Source: Candidatus Komeilibacteria bacterium (lineage in GTDB: Bacteria; Patescibacteriota; Patescibacteriia; UBA1558; UBA10009). From it: a DNA stretch of 64,000 nucleotides. The translations under genes were made by a program, and so were the position numbers. The stretch covers positions 14,266 to 78,265 of the forward strand of contig JAPLWM010000020.1 in NCBI GenBank assembly GCA_026396575.1. Reading direction: 5' to 3'. Below the pieces are notes generated by a model, which worked only from the letters and a program-made list of their open reading frames with translations, was not told the origin of the DNA and searched no databases. Shown in pieces: positions 26,309 to 36,322 of the stretch; position 1 is the stretch's first letter; each line of letters starts with the position of its first letter.

Positions 26309-28996
26309 CTATTTCCCATGGCACTTCTTAAATTTTTTGCCGGAACCGCAGTAACATGGATCGTTTCGCCCTATTTTATGGCCGGTCTCATCTTTGGGTT
26401 TTACGGAAATTACTTGAGCCGTGCGGTTTTTTTGATTTTCACCGGCCAATTTTGCTATGCCGCTTTGCTTGTCCAGGGCGGTTTTGGCAGCTCCGGAAAA
26501 AGTTAAATTATTATTAGACATGCCGGAAGCGGCTAAAACCGAGGCTTGGCCCACTTTAAATATAGTATAAACCACCTCGCTTTGAATAGTAGCCAGTAAA
26601 GTTTTAAATAATTGATAAGAGTCCTTTTTATATTCAATTAAGGGATCGCGCTGGCCGTAGCCCCTAAGCCCGATGCCGGTTCTAAGGTGATCAATGGCTT
26701 CCAAGTGTTCCACCCATAAAGTATCAATGGCGTTTAACAATAGGCGGCTTTCAATATTGCGCAAGGTTTCCGCTTGCCCTTCTTCCATGGCTTGGTATTT
26801 TTCTTTAGCCAAAGAAACCAGATATTCGATTAATTCCGCCGCTGTTTGATAAGTGGCGATTTTTTCTTTTTCTTCTTCGGTTAAAATAAAAATGGAATTA
26901 ACGGTTTCTATGATTTCTTTATTGTTTGAGTTATCCGTGGTTTCTTGAGAGAAATGAAAATTAACAACTTGGGTGATTTCCTGTTCCAAATATTCCAAAA
27001 TAACGTTTTTACCGGAAATTTCCTGGTTTAAGATGGCTCGGCGTTTTTTGTAAATCACTTCGCGGTGCTTATTGATCACGTCGTCGTATTCCACCAAATG
27101 TTTGCGGATATCAAAATTATTGCCTTCAACTTTATGCTGGGCCGATTCCAAGGATTTGGAAATCAATTTGTTTTCAATGGGCATGTCTTCCGGCACCCTT
27201 AAGGTGGTCATAATGGATTTAAGCCGTTCGGAGCCGAAAATCCGCATTAAATCGTCGTCCAAGGAAACAAAAAACTGGGAAGAGCCGTTATCCCCTTGCC
27301 GGCCGGATCTGCCTCTTAACTGGTTATCAATGCGCCTGGATTCGTGCCGTTCGGTGCCTAAAATATGCAACCCTCCGACTTCGCGCACCTGGCGCGCTTC
27401 GTCGGCTGAAGCCAGATAGCCTCCTAAAATTATATCCACGCCGCGGCCGGCCATATTGGTGGCCAGGGTTACGGCGCCCCAGCGCCCGGCTTGGGCAATG
27501 ATTTGCGCTTCCCGCTCATGGTTTTTGGCGTTTAACAATTCGTGCTTAATGCCTTCACGGCTAAGCAATTCCGAAAGCACTTCGTTTTTTTCTATGGAAA
27601 TAGTGCCGATCAAGACCGGCTGGCCGGTGCTATGCCGCTTTTTAACTTCGGCCACCACGGCTTTGAATTTGCCCATTTCCGATTTGTAAATCAAATCATT
27701 GAGGTCATGCCTAACCATGGGCTTATTTGTAGGAACAACGGTTACGTCCAAATTGTAGATTTTGGCGAATTCCTCGGATTCGGTGGCGGCCGTGCCGGTC
27801 ATGCCCGAAAGCTTTTTGTACATCCTGAAATAATTCTGGAAAGTGACAGTGGCCATGGTAATGCTTTCCCGCTGGACCTTGACGTTTTCCTTGGCTTCAA
27901 TGGCCTGGTGCAAACCTTCGCTGTATCTTCGGCCGAACATCAAGCGACCGGTAAATTCGTCCACGATAATCACCTCATCATCTTTAACCACGTAATCGCG
28001 ATCCCGCTTGAATAAAGTTTCGGCTTTTAAAGCCGCTTCCAAATGATGGACCATGCCGATGCCGTGCGATTCGTAGATATTTTTTACGCCCAGGGCTTTT
28101 TCGATTTTTTCTATGCCTTTTTCGGTTAAGCTGGCGGCCCGCATTTTTTCGTCAATATTGTAATCGTCATTTTCTTTCAGGTTTTTTACCAAGCGGGCGA
28201 ATTGGAAATACTGGTCGGTTGATTCTTCGGCCGGCGCGCTGATAATTAAAGGCGTGCGGGCTTCGTCGATTAAAATGGAATCAACTTCGTCGATAATGGC
28301 AAAGTTCAAGTCGCGCTGGACCATTTGCCCCAGCGATTGCACCATGTTGTCGCGCAAATAATCAAAACCGTATTCGTTATTGGTGCCGTAGGTAATATCG
28401 GCGGCATAGGCCTCGCGCCGGGGCACCGGTTTTAAATAATTTTCATTGACTACTACGCCGCGGTCGCGTTCGGCTTCGGTCAGTTCCGGCGCCTGATAAC
28501 TGGCATCATATAAGAAGGCCTTTTCATGCTGAACGCAAGCCACGCTTAAACCCAATAAATCATAAATTTGGCCCATCCAAACAGTATCGCGCTTGGCCAA
28601 ATAATCGTTAACGGTAATCACATGAACCCCCTTACCTGAAAGCGCGTTAAGATAGGCCGGCAAGGTGGCGACCATGGTTTTGCCTTCGCCGGTTTTCATT
28701 TCGGCAATCTGACCCTGATGCAGCACAATGCCGCCTAGCAATTGAACATCATAATGACGCTGGTTTAGCGTGCGCTTGGCCGCTTCCCTGACCAAAGCAA
28801 AAGCCAAGGGCAAAATATCGTCCAAAATTTTGCCGCTGGCCAGTTCGGTTTTAAGCTCCTGAGTTTTGGCTTTAAGCTCGTTATTGCTTAACTTTAATAA
28901 ACCCTCTTCCAAAGAGTTGGTTGCTAGAACCAATGGCTCCAAACCTTTTAAATAGCGCTTATTGGCGTCTCCGAAAATTTTATAGATAAATGACAT
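26309..28996 (-). CDS. secA: preprotein translocase ATPase SecA
   Basis: 895 aa; DEAD-like motor motifs; C-terminal zinc-binding CYCGSGKKFKKCHGK. Confidence 0.95.
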   Translation of the reverse strand: MSFIYKIFGDANKRYLKGLEPLVLATNSLEEGLLKLSNNELKAKTQELKTELASGKILDDILPLAFALVREAAKRTLNQRHYDVQLLGGIVLHQGQIAEMKTGEGKTMVATLPAYLNALSGKGVHVITVNDYLAKRDTVWMGQIYDLLGLSVACVQHEKAFLYDASYQAPELTEAERDRGVVVNENYLKPVPRREAYAADITYGTNNEYGFDYLRDNMVQSLGQMVQRDLNFAIIDEVDSILIDEARTPLIISAPAEESTDQYFQFARLVKNLKENDDYNIDEKMRAASLTEKGIEKIEKALGVKNIYESHGIGMVHHLEAALKAETLFKRDRDYVVKDDEVIIVDEFTGRLMFGRRYSEGLHQAIEAKENVKVQRESITMATVTFQNYFRMYKKLSGMTGTAATESEEFAKIYNLDVTVVPTNKPMVRHDLNDLIYKSEMGKFKAVVAEVKKRHSTGQPVLIGTISIEKNEVLSELLSREGIKHELLNAKNHEREAQIIAQAGRWGAVTLATNMAGRGVDIILGGYLASADEARQVREVGGLHILGTERHESRRIDNQLRGRSGRQGDNGSSQFFVSLDDDLMRIFGSERLKSIMTTLRVPEDMPIENKLISKSLESAQHKVEGNNFDIRKHLVEYDDVINKHREVIYKKRRAILNQEISGKNVILEYLEQEITQVVNFHFSQETTDNSNNKEIIETVNSIFILTEEEKEKIATYQTAAELIEYLVSLAKEKYQAMEEGQAETLRNIESRLLLNAIDTLWVEHLEAIDHLRTGIGLRGYGQRDPLIEYKKDSYQLFKTLLATIQSEVVYTIFKVGQASVLAASGMSNNNLTFSGAAKTALDKQSGIAKLAGENQKNRTAQVISVKPKDETGHKIGRNDPCYCGSGKKFKKCHGK

Positions 28997-29143
28997 ATAT
29001 TTCCCTGTTGCTAATATAAGCTCCTCGGCTCGGTAATATGAAAATAAATTTTCATATTACCTCGCCTTACGTCGCTTATAATCCAGCCAATCTTACCAGA
29101 TTTTATTGATTTTGACAATCTTATCCACTTTGACAGTTGGGCG

Positions 29144-29152
29144 TGGTATAAT
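29144..29152 (+). promoter_or_regulatory. extended -10 promoter element TGGTATAAT
   Basis: gcgTGGTATAATct about 50 nt upstream of the GGAGGAGG-preceded ATG at 29202. Confidence 0.4.
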
Positions 29153-29201
29153 CTAAGATATGGGTGAAATTGAACACAAACAATCTATTTTTGGAGGAGG
29201 T

Positions 29202-30209
29202 ATGTCAGTGCCACTCGGTACTTTAATGGGCAATGGGTTTGCCATCGTGTCCGGCAGAACCAATCCGGCGCTGGTTAACTCCATTGCCGAGTATTTGGCC
29301 GTGAAGCCGGTTTTTCTCCAAACGGGAAATTGGGGCAACGGCTATCCAAGGTGCAAACGCCGCGAGGAAGACAAAGATGTCACTTTTTCAGGCAAAAAAG
29401 TGATTATCATTACCAGTTTGCAATACCGCGGCATCGGTTCGCCGGTAGAAGAGCTGGAATTGATGGTTGATGCTTGTGGCAGCGCCGATGAAATCCACGT
29501 TATTCTTACCTGGCTCTGCGGCAAGGATGACGTTCAGCACGGTTCGGAGCACACGCCGACCATTGCCTGGATGGCTCATCGGATTGCCGGGCTTAACCCC
29601 ACTTCGGTTAACCTGTTCGATCCCCATCAATCCGGCCACACGGAGTTGTTTTATCCGGTAAAGCGGCGCCGTTTCTATCTGCTGCGCTTGCTGATAGAAA
29701 AAGCCAGGGAAATGAGCATCGACCAGATCGCGGCCACCGATTTTTCTTCAACCAAACGGGCGAAGAAGGTGGAAAGTTTTCTGGGCACCGGCCAACCGAT
29801 TTTTTTGGCCAGCAAAGAACACCACCATCAGGCCGCCGGCAGCCCATTGGCGGAACTGGACCTTAGGGGTCGCTTGGTTGGCGAAAAAATCGGCGTCTTT
29901 GACGATATGGCTCTAAGCTGGAATACCATGCGCAAAGTGGTGGAAAGCCTGAAAATGGATTTTGGGGCAAAAGAGGTGCATGCTTTTGCGCCGCACTTTG
30001 ATCCCACCCCGGAAACTTTCGACAATCTTCAGCTGGCTTTCCAAAACAATTGGCTAACCAGTTTTACCACCACCAACTCCAACCAGATCGATGCTCGGTA
30101 TCTGGAACTGCCCGGCTTTACCGTTGTTGATATCTCTAAGTTCGTGGCTCAAGTGGTTGAGCTTCTGATTCTAAAGAAATCAACATCCAATCTCTTCGAC
30201 GACATTTAA
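29202..30209 (+). CDS. divergent ribose-phosphate pyrophosphokinase (PRPP synthetase)-like protein
   Basis: FAIVSGRTNPALVNSIAEYL, ELELMVDACGSADEIHVILTWLCGKDD and RLVGEKIGVFDDMALSWNTMRKVVESLK align with the Prs N-domain, flexible loop and PRPP-binding DDM-T regions, with insertions; strong RBS GGAGGAGG; start moved from the track ATG 29160 to 29202. Confidence 0.5.
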   Translation: MSVPLGTLMGNGFAIVSGRTNPALVNSIAEYLAVKPVFLQTGNWGNGYPRCKRREEDKDVTFSGKKVIIITSLQYRGIGSPVEELELMVDACGSADEIHVILTWLCGKDDVQHGSEHTPTIAWMAHRIAGLNPTSVNLFDPHQSGHTELFYPVKRRRFYLLRLLIEKAREMSIDQIAATDFSSTKRAKKVESFLGTGQPIFLASKEHHHQAAGSPLAELDLRGRLVGEKIGVFDDMALSWNTMRKVVESLKMDFGAKEVHAFAPHFDPTPETFDNLQLAFQNNWLTSFTTTNSNQIDARYLELPGFTVVDISKFVAQVVELLILKKSTSNLFDDI

Positions 30210-30216
30210 GTCTAAA

Positions 30217-30258
30217 AGAGGGTCCCTTCCTTACAGGAACCCTCTCTTTTTTATCCGT
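30217..30258 (+). terminator. rho-independent terminator
   Basis: agagggtcc-cttccttaca-ggaaccctct stem (one bulged base) followed by TCTTTTTTAT. Confidence 0.5.
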
Positions 30259-30287
30259 GAAATCCGTTTTAATCCGTGTAATCCGTA

Positions 30288-31256
30288 TCAAAAACCTACG
30301 TATCTTACTTCTTCTTCCAGTTGTATGCCGGTTTTATCCCTAACCTGTTGTTTAATATAGCCGATCAGCCGGATAACGTCATCGGCTTTAGCGCCGCCCA
30401 GATTGATAATATAATTGGCATGTTTTTCGGCAATCTGCGCCTTGCCGATGGTTTTGCCTTTTAAGTCCAGTTTTTCAATTACCCAAGAGGCGGGTATTTT
30501 TTGGTATTCCTTGAATTTGGGCGAAAGCTCCCAATTTAATTTTTTCAGGTTTTCGGCAATGGTTTCTGTGTAAGCGATGTTTTTAAAAGTGCAGCCGGCT
30601 GAAGGATAACCATGGGGCTGGGAAGTGGTGCGGTAAGCCAGCCGTTCGTCGATTAACTTGCGGCTGGCTGCCAAATCCCCCGTGGTTAATTGTAGAACCG
30701 CGCTAACGATTAACCAGCTGTCGTGTTCTTTAAAAATGCTGTGGCGGTAAGCAAAGTTGCATTGCTGGCCGGTACAGGTTTCTATTTCCAAATTATCATT
30801 GATAAAATCAACGGTTTTTACCGCTTTATCCATGGCTTCGCCATAAGTGCCGGCATTGCCTTTAATTGCTCCGCCCACCGTGCCAGGCACGCCGGCGGCA
30901 AATTCCAAGCCGGTTAAGCCCAAATCCAGGGTTTTCATAATCAAGCCGGCCAAGGTACAGCCGGCATCGGCGGTTATCAGATTATTTTCAATTAATAATT
31001 CCCCGGGGTTGGTTTTAATCACGGCGCCGTCATAGCCGGCATCGCTCACCAGCAGATTGCTGCCGCCGCCGATCATTATGTATTTTAAGCCGCGCTGTTT
31101 GATGATTTTTAAAATTTCCAGCAGTTCGGTTGGCGACTTCGCTTCCAGATAAACCTTAGCCGGGCCGCCGATTTGGAAAGTGGTGTGATTGGCCAAGGGT
31201 TCATTTTCTTTAACTGCAATATTTAATTTTTGCAGCTCTTTAATTATTTGCTTCAT
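30288..31256 (-). CDS. murB: UDP-N-acetylenolpyruvoylglucosamine reductase
   Basis: FAD-binding N-terminus FQIGGPAKVYLEAKSPTELLEIL...GGGSNLL; dcw cluster context. Confidence 0.85.
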   Translation of the reverse strand: MKQIIKELQKLNIAVKENEPLANHTTFQIGGPAKVYLEAKSPTELLEILKIIKQRGLKYIMIGGGSNLLVSDAGYDGAVIKTNPGELLIENNLITADAGCTLAGLIMKTLDLGLTGLEFAAGVPGTVGGAIKGNAGTYGEAMDKAVKTVDFINDNLEIETCTGQQCNFAYRHSIFKEHDSWLIVSAVLQLTTGDLAASRKLIDERLAYRTTSQPHGYPSAGCTFKNIAYTETIAENLKKLNWELSPKFKEYQKIPASWVIEKLDLKGKTIGKAQIAEKHANYIINLGGAKADDVIRLIGYIKQQVRDKTGIQLEEEVRYVGF

Positions 31257-31310
31257 TGTTCTTTTGATTTATTGCTTCATTGTTCTTTTGATTTATTGCT
31301 TCATTGTTCT
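31254..31310. repeat. 24 bp tandem repeat (2.4 copies) duplicating the murB translation start
   Basis: ttgcttcattgttcttttgattta x2 plus a partial copy; on the minus strand it reads AGAACAATGAAGCAATAA twice (MKQ-stop mini-ORFs) before the real ATGAAGCAAATA start. Confidence 0.9.
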
Positions 31311-32687
31311 TTAAGTTAATTCTCTGGCCACGTTGTCAATGTCGCCGGCGCCGACAATTAAAATCAAATCGCCGGGCAAAGTTTTTTCCAAAATCAATTT
31401 TTTGGTTTCGCTTAAATCGGGCGAATAAATTATTTCCTTGTTAGGGTAGGTTTTTTGCAACTCCTCGGTTAAAATTTTACCGTTAATGGTCCGGCTGCCG
31501 TCGTGTTCCCTGCCGGCCACGTCGTAAATTTCATTAATTAAAAGTAAATCGGCGCCGGCCAAGCTGGCGATAAATTCCTTGAATAACTTGGCGGTCCGGT
31601 CAAAATGATGCGGCTGGAAAACGGCGAAAATCCGCTTGCTTGGATAAAATTCATGCGCCGCTTTTAACACGCCTTTTAAAGCAACGGGATGATGTCCGTA
31701 ATCCGAAACCACCAAGGTATCTTTTTTACCCTTAACCGGGCCTAAAATTTCAAACCTACGCCAGCAATTAGGAAACTCGGCCAAGGCAGCGGCGATAATT
31801 TCCTCGTCTATTTTAAAATATTTGGCTACGGTGATGGCGGCCAGAGCGTTATAAATATTGTATTCGCCGGGAATCTTCAAAGAATATTCTTTATCACCGA
31901 CGTTAAAAATTTGCCTGGCGTTTTCTTGTTTGATATTTTTAGCAAAACAATCGGCTGCTTCGTTATCTATGGCCCAGGATTTTACTTGATAGCCCTTATC
32001 TTTAGTTAAGCTTAAAACATTGGCATCGTCCGCATTATAGGCCAAAAAACCTTTTCTTACGGGCAAGGCATTAATGAATTTTTGAAAATAATGCTTGATA
32101 TCCTCTATATCCTTGTAAAAGTCCAAATGATCCGGCTCCAGATTGGTTAAAACAATGGTTTGGGGCGATAAATTAAGCATATGGGCGCGCCATTCGCAGG
32201 CCTCGGCAATCAGCCATTTTGATTGCCCCATTCGCAGATTGCCGTTAAAACCCGGCACTTGGGTGCCCACGATCACCGTGGGGTCCAGCCCCGCTTTCTC
32301 AAAAATTTTGCCGATCATGGCCGTGGTAGTGGATTTGCCGTTGGTGCCGGCAATGGCAATGGTTTTGTATTCGCGGCTCATGTCGCCTAAAAATTCCGGG
32401 TAGCTTAATTGTTCAATATTCAAGTCCTTGGCTTGCTGCCTTTCCGGATTGGTTTCCGGCACGGCCGGCGAATAAATGATCAAATCCGTTTCTTTGGCAA
32501 TATTGGCAGCGGCTTGCTGGTAAAAAATTTTAATCCCCTGTTTTTCCAAATTTTTAGTTAGATCGGCAGCCGCCGCATCCGAACCGCTGACTGTTTTATT
32601 GTTGGCCAGAAAAAATTTGGCCATGGCCGAAACGCCGATGCCCCCGATGCCGATTAAGTGAACTCGGTTGATCTTGCTTAAATTCAT
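31311..32687 (-). CDS. murC: UDP-N-acetylmuramate--L-alanine ligase
   Basis: N-terminus HLIGIGGIGVSAMAKFFL; Mur ligase P-loop GTNGKSTTTAMI. Confidence 0.85.
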   Translation of the reverse strand: MNLSKINRVHLIGIGGIGVSAMAKFFLANNKTVSGSDAAAADLTKNLEKQGIKIFYQQAAANIAKETDLIIYSPAVPETNPERQQAKDLNIEQLSYPEFLGDMSREYKTIAIAGTNGKSTTTAMIGKIFEKAGLDPTVIVGTQVPGFNGNLRMGQSKWLIAEACEWRAHMLNLSPQTIVLTNLEPDHLDFYKDIEDIKHYFQKFINALPVRKGFLAYNADDANVLSLTKDKGYQVKSWAIDNEAADCFAKNIKQENARQIFNVGDKEYSLKIPGEYNIYNALAAITVAKYFKIDEEIIAAALAEFPNCWRRFEILGPVKGKKDTLVVSDYGHHPVALKGVLKAAHEFYPSKRIFAVFQPHHFDRTAKLFKEFIASLAGADLLLINEIYDVAGREHDGSRTINGKILTEELQKTYPNKEIIYSPDLSETKKLILEKTLPGDLILIVGAGDIDNVARELT

Positions 32688-33721
32688 ATCAGCAGTTTTA
32701 AGGCGATCTCCGCCATTTTAGCAGCGCCCTCGTATTCCATAATTGAATGGATTTTATCGCTCAAATGTTTCAGTTTTGTTTTTTCTTTTAAGAGTCCGAC
32801 AATCTCGCCGGTTAAGCCTTCGGCCGAAAGTTTGGTTTGCTTTAAATAAACCGCCGCTCCCCGATCGGCAAAATATTCGGCATTTTTTTCCTGCTGGCTG
32901 GAAGCGATGGGAATAATAACAGTCGGTTTGGTTAAATAAGCCAGCTCCGTTAAAGCGCCCAAGCCGGCGCGGGAAACAACCAATTGGGCCGCCGCAATTT
33001 TGGCGTAATAATCTTCGGCTAACAAATCGCATTGATTATAGTTGGCGTAACCGTTGACGACGATGGCTTTGTTTTTGCCGGTAACATGGTTAACGGTTAT
33101 TTCTTCGGGCAGCAAGGGAATAACTTCGGCTATTAATTGGTTTAAAGTTAAAGCGCCGGTGCCGCCGCCTAAAATCAAAACATTGTTTTCTTGCGCCGCC
33201 GGCAAAGTTTGCTTGATTTCTTCGCGCAAAACCGCGCCAACGCAGGCAGTTTTATTTTTAGGAAAATTAACCAAAGATTCCTTGAAAGTTACGGTAATTT
33301 TATCGGCCAGATTTTTAACCAGCCGGTTGCTTAAGCTGGCTTGCAAATCCAGCTGATGGATTAAAACCTTAATATTTAAAATTTTAGCGATTAAAATTAC
33401 GGGCACGGCCGCAAAACTGCCGGCCGAAATAATCAGCTTCGGCTTGAATTTTAAAATAATAATCAAGGATTGCAGGCAGCCCAGTAATATTAAAAAGGGA
33501 TCCAGAAAATTTTTCAAACTGAAATAACGCCTTAATTTTCCGGCTAAAATCGGCTTAAAAATTATGGGATAACGGCTAAGAAACTCTTTTTCCGGCCCGG
33601 CATAGGTACCGATAAATAAAGCTTCCAGATTATCCGCGGTTTTATTTTTTAAGGCCTGCCAAACGGCAATTAACGGGCTAACCGAGCCCAAAGTGCCGCC
33701 GCCGGTTAGGATGATTTTCAT
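32684..33721 (-). CDS. murG: undecaprenyldiphospho-muramoylpentapeptide beta-N-acetylglucosaminyltransferase
   Basis: MKIILTGGGTLGSVSPLIAV N-terminus; GT-B fold, 345 aa; overlaps murC by 4 nt. Confidence 0.85.
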   Translation of the reverse strand: MKIILTGGGTLGSVSPLIAVWQALKNKTADNLEALFIGTYAGPEKEFLSRYPIIFKPILAGKLRRYFSLKNFLDPFLILLGCLQSLIIILKFKPKLIISAGSFAAVPVILIAKILNIKVLIHQLDLQASLSNRLVKNLADKITVTFKESLVNFPKNKTACVGAVLREEIKQTLPAAQENNVLILGGGTGALTLNQLIAEVIPLLPEEITVNHVTGKNKAIVVNGYANYNQCDLLAEDYYAKIAAAQLVVSRAGLGALTELAYLTKPTVIIPIASSQQEKNAEYFADRGAAVYLKQTKLSAEGLTGEIVGLLKEKTKLKHLSDKIHSIMEYEGAAKMAEIALKLLI

Positions 33722-33763
33722 GAAGCGAATTTTAGCTTAATTTGAGCTATTTTTCAAGCTGGA

Positions 33764-34933
33764 TTAATACGGTTTGGTTTGTTTGGAAATATTGGTAACA
33801 ATGCCCACGCCCAATAATGAAATAGCCAAGGCGGTGCCGCCGTAGCTGATAAACGGCAAAGGGATGCCGGTAATGGGAAACAGGCCGATCATGGCGGCGA
33901 TATTGATAAAGGCCTCAAAGATAAACCAGCTGATAATGCCCACGGTTAAAAATTGGCTGAAATTGTCCGGCGCGGCCCGGGCGATTTTAAAGCCGCGAAT
34001 GGCCACGGTTAAAAACAGCGCCAGTAAAATAACGCAGAAAATAAAACCCATCTCTTCGGCAATAACGGCAAAAATGGAATCGCCGTAAACTTCCGGCAAA
34101 TAATCGAATTTTTGGCGAGATTTACCGATGCCCAGCCCCAAAATTCCGCCGCTGCCCACGGCGATTTTGGCCTGGGTAATGTGGTAGCTGATGCCCTGCG
34201 GGTCAACGTCGGAATTTAAAAAAGCGGTAATGCGGGCCAGCCGATATGGCGCTATCTGAACGGCCAGGAAAAAAATAACTAAAACGCCGGCGCCGATCAG
34301 CAGCAGGTGCCGGTAAGGCGCTTTGGCGATAAAATAAACGGTTAAACAGCTGGCTAAAATAATAATCAAGGTGCCGATATCTGGCTGGGCCAGAATTAAA
34401 GTGGAAATAATGCCCAAAGAAGTCAGAAAAGGGATTAAGCCGTATTTTAAATCCTGCAAATTGCGTTCGCCGCGTTTTTCCAGCCAAGTGGCCAAATAAA
34501 CCAAAAAGAACAGCTTAACCGTTTCCGCCGGCTGAAAGCTGATCGGCCCCAGTTTTAACCAGCTTTGGGTTTTACCGTAATTTTTCCCCAAGCCGGGTAT
34601 AAAAACGGCCAGCAGGATAACCACGCAGACAATCAGCATTAAAAAAGCTTTTTTCTTCCAAGTGCGGAAATCCATCTGGGCGGCCCAGAAAAATAAAATC
34701 AAACCCGGTAAAAAACCGACCAGCAGCTGATGTTTGAAAAAGTAATAGCTGTCGCCGTGCTCTTTAAAGCCGGTCACCGAACTGGCTGAAGAAAGCATCA
34801 TTAAGCCGATCACGATAATTAAGGCCAAGGCGCCCAAAAAAACATAGTCAGGAGCATGATGCCGGCTCTGGTAGCTGAAGGGCAGCTTGAGCAAATGCTT
34901 TAAATATTCGGAAAATTTTCTTTTTCTGATCAT
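33764..34933 (-). CDS. ftsW: SEDS-family peptidoglycan glycosyltransferase FtsW/RodA
   Basis: About 10 TM protein with conserved C-terminal PLPFISYGG block; sits between murD and murG. Confidence 0.85.
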   Translation of the reverse strand: MIRKRKFSEYLKHLLKLPFSYQSRHHAPDYVFLGALALIIVIGLMMLSSASSVTGFKEHGDSYYFFKHQLLVGFLPGLILFFWAAQMDFRTWKKKAFLMLIVCVVILLAVFIPGLGKNYGKTQSWLKLGPISFQPAETVKLFFLVYLATWLEKRGERNLQDLKYGLIPFLTSLGIISTLILAQPDIGTLIIILASCLTVYFIAKAPYRHLLLIGAGVLVIFFLAVQIAPYRLARITAFLNSDVDPQGISYHITQAKIAVGSGGILGLGIGKSRQKFDYLPEVYGDSIFAVIAEEMGFIFCVILLALFLTVAIRGFKIARAAPDNFSQFLTVGIISWFIFEAFINIAAMIGLFPITGIPLPFISYGGTALAISLLGVGIVTNISKQTKPY

Positions 34934-36318
34934 GGCAATTGATTGACCAATTCTTTAAATTTTTCGGATCTGGCACGGTAATCGGCAAACTCGCCGAAGC
35001 TTTCGTGCGCCGGCGAGAGCAAGACAATATCGTTTTTTTTCGCTTTTGCCGAAGCTTGCTTGGTTGCTCCCGCTAAATTAGCGGCGGGAACGGCGTTAAG
35101 CCCGGCTTTTAGAAGCAGCGGCAATAAAAATTTTCGGATCCGGCCGCTAACAATAACCGCTTTAACTTTCCTTTCTTTTATGGCTTTAATTAATTTTAAA
35201 TATTCGGCCATCATTTTTTCCGGCGCTTTGCGGGAACCTTCCAAAATTAAAATAATTTTGCCTGCGGGAAAACTGTTTAACGCCTCAATGGTTGATTTAA
35301 GGCGGGTAGCCGCGCCGTCATTGATAAACTGAATGCCTTGATAATTGCGGATCGGCTCCAAGCGGCCGCTTCTGGGCTTAAAGCCGCCTAAGGCCCGGCT
35401 GATCGCCTGATTACCGATCTTTAAAGTTTTGGCAACGATAATTGCCGCCACCGCGTCGCTTTTAAGATGTTCGGCAATTAAATTTTTATTGTTGATCAGC
35501 TTGCTTTGGGCATTGTGCGAATTGTAAATGATGGTTTTTTTCGGCCAAGCCAGTTTGGCAATTTCCGGATCCTGACCGTTAACAATTAAAAGATCGCCCG
35601 GTTTTTGGTAACGGCGGATTTCCAGCTTAACTTTTTTATATTCGGCAAAGGAATTATGATGATCGTCCAAGTGGTGTGGAAAGATATTGGTAATAATCGC
35701 TACCGAGGGAGATTTTTTTGACTCGCCGGCCAGCAGCAAGGTTCGGTTATTAACTTCTGCTACCACTATCCCCTGTTGGCCGGTTTTAAAAATACGGGCC
35801 AAATCCAGGTAATGCCAGCTTTCACCGGCCAGCCAAACTTTCTTTTTAGCGGTTTTTAAAATTTGGTAAAGCAAATTGGTCACCGTGCCTTTGCCGGCCG
35901 TGCCGGTAACGCCGATCAACAGTCCGGGATAAAATTCCAATAGCAAATTATACCAATTCCAGATTTTAACCCGGCCTTGGGCTTTAAGCGTAACCAAGGG
36001 CCGATTCTGCGGGTACCTGAAATAAGAAGCAGGAGCAAAAATTATTTCCGCCTCTTTAATGCCCGCTAGATAACTATTCTTAAAATTAATTTTTTTAAAG
36101 CTTGTTTTTAATTTATCAAATAAGGCGTTTTTAGCCGAATTGTTTAAATTATCGTGATAATTAAAAAAGCTCCGTTTAAACTCCGCGGCTGTTTTAAAAT
36201 CATGGCCGATTAAATTTTTTATCCCCAACGAAGCTAAAAAAAGAGCCAAACTGCTGCTCTCCGCTCCGGAAATCCCAATCAGGTGGATTTTCTTGTTTTT
36301 TAAATCTGCCAGTTTCAT
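34930..36318 (-). CDS. murD: UDP-N-acetylmuramoylalanine--D-glutamate ligase
   Basis: Mur ligase family; P-loop GVTGTAGKGTVT; position between mraY and ftsW. Confidence 0.75.
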   Translation of the reverse strand: MKLADLKNKKIHLIGISGAESSSLALFLASLGIKNLIGHDFKTAAEFKRSFFNYHDNLNNSAKNALFDKLKTSFKKINFKNSYLAGIKEAEIIFAPASYFRYPQNRPLVTLKAQGRVKIWNWYNLLLEFYPGLLIGVTGTAGKGTVTNLLYQILKTAKKKVWLAGESWHYLDLARIFKTGQQGIVVAEVNNRTLLLAGESKKSPSVAIITNIFPHHLDDHHNSFAEYKKVKLEIRRYQKPGDLLIVNGQDPEIAKLAWPKKTIIYNSHNAQSKLINNKNLIAEHLKSDAVAAIIVAKTLKIGNQAISRALGGFKPRSGRLEPIRNYQGIQFINDGAATRLKSTIEALNSFPAGKIILILEGSRKAPEKMMAEYLKLIKAIKERKVKAVIVSGRIRKFLLPLLLKAGLNAVPAANLAGATKQASAKAKKNDIVLLSPAHESFGEFADYRARSEKFKELVNQLP

Positions 36319-36322
36319 GAAT

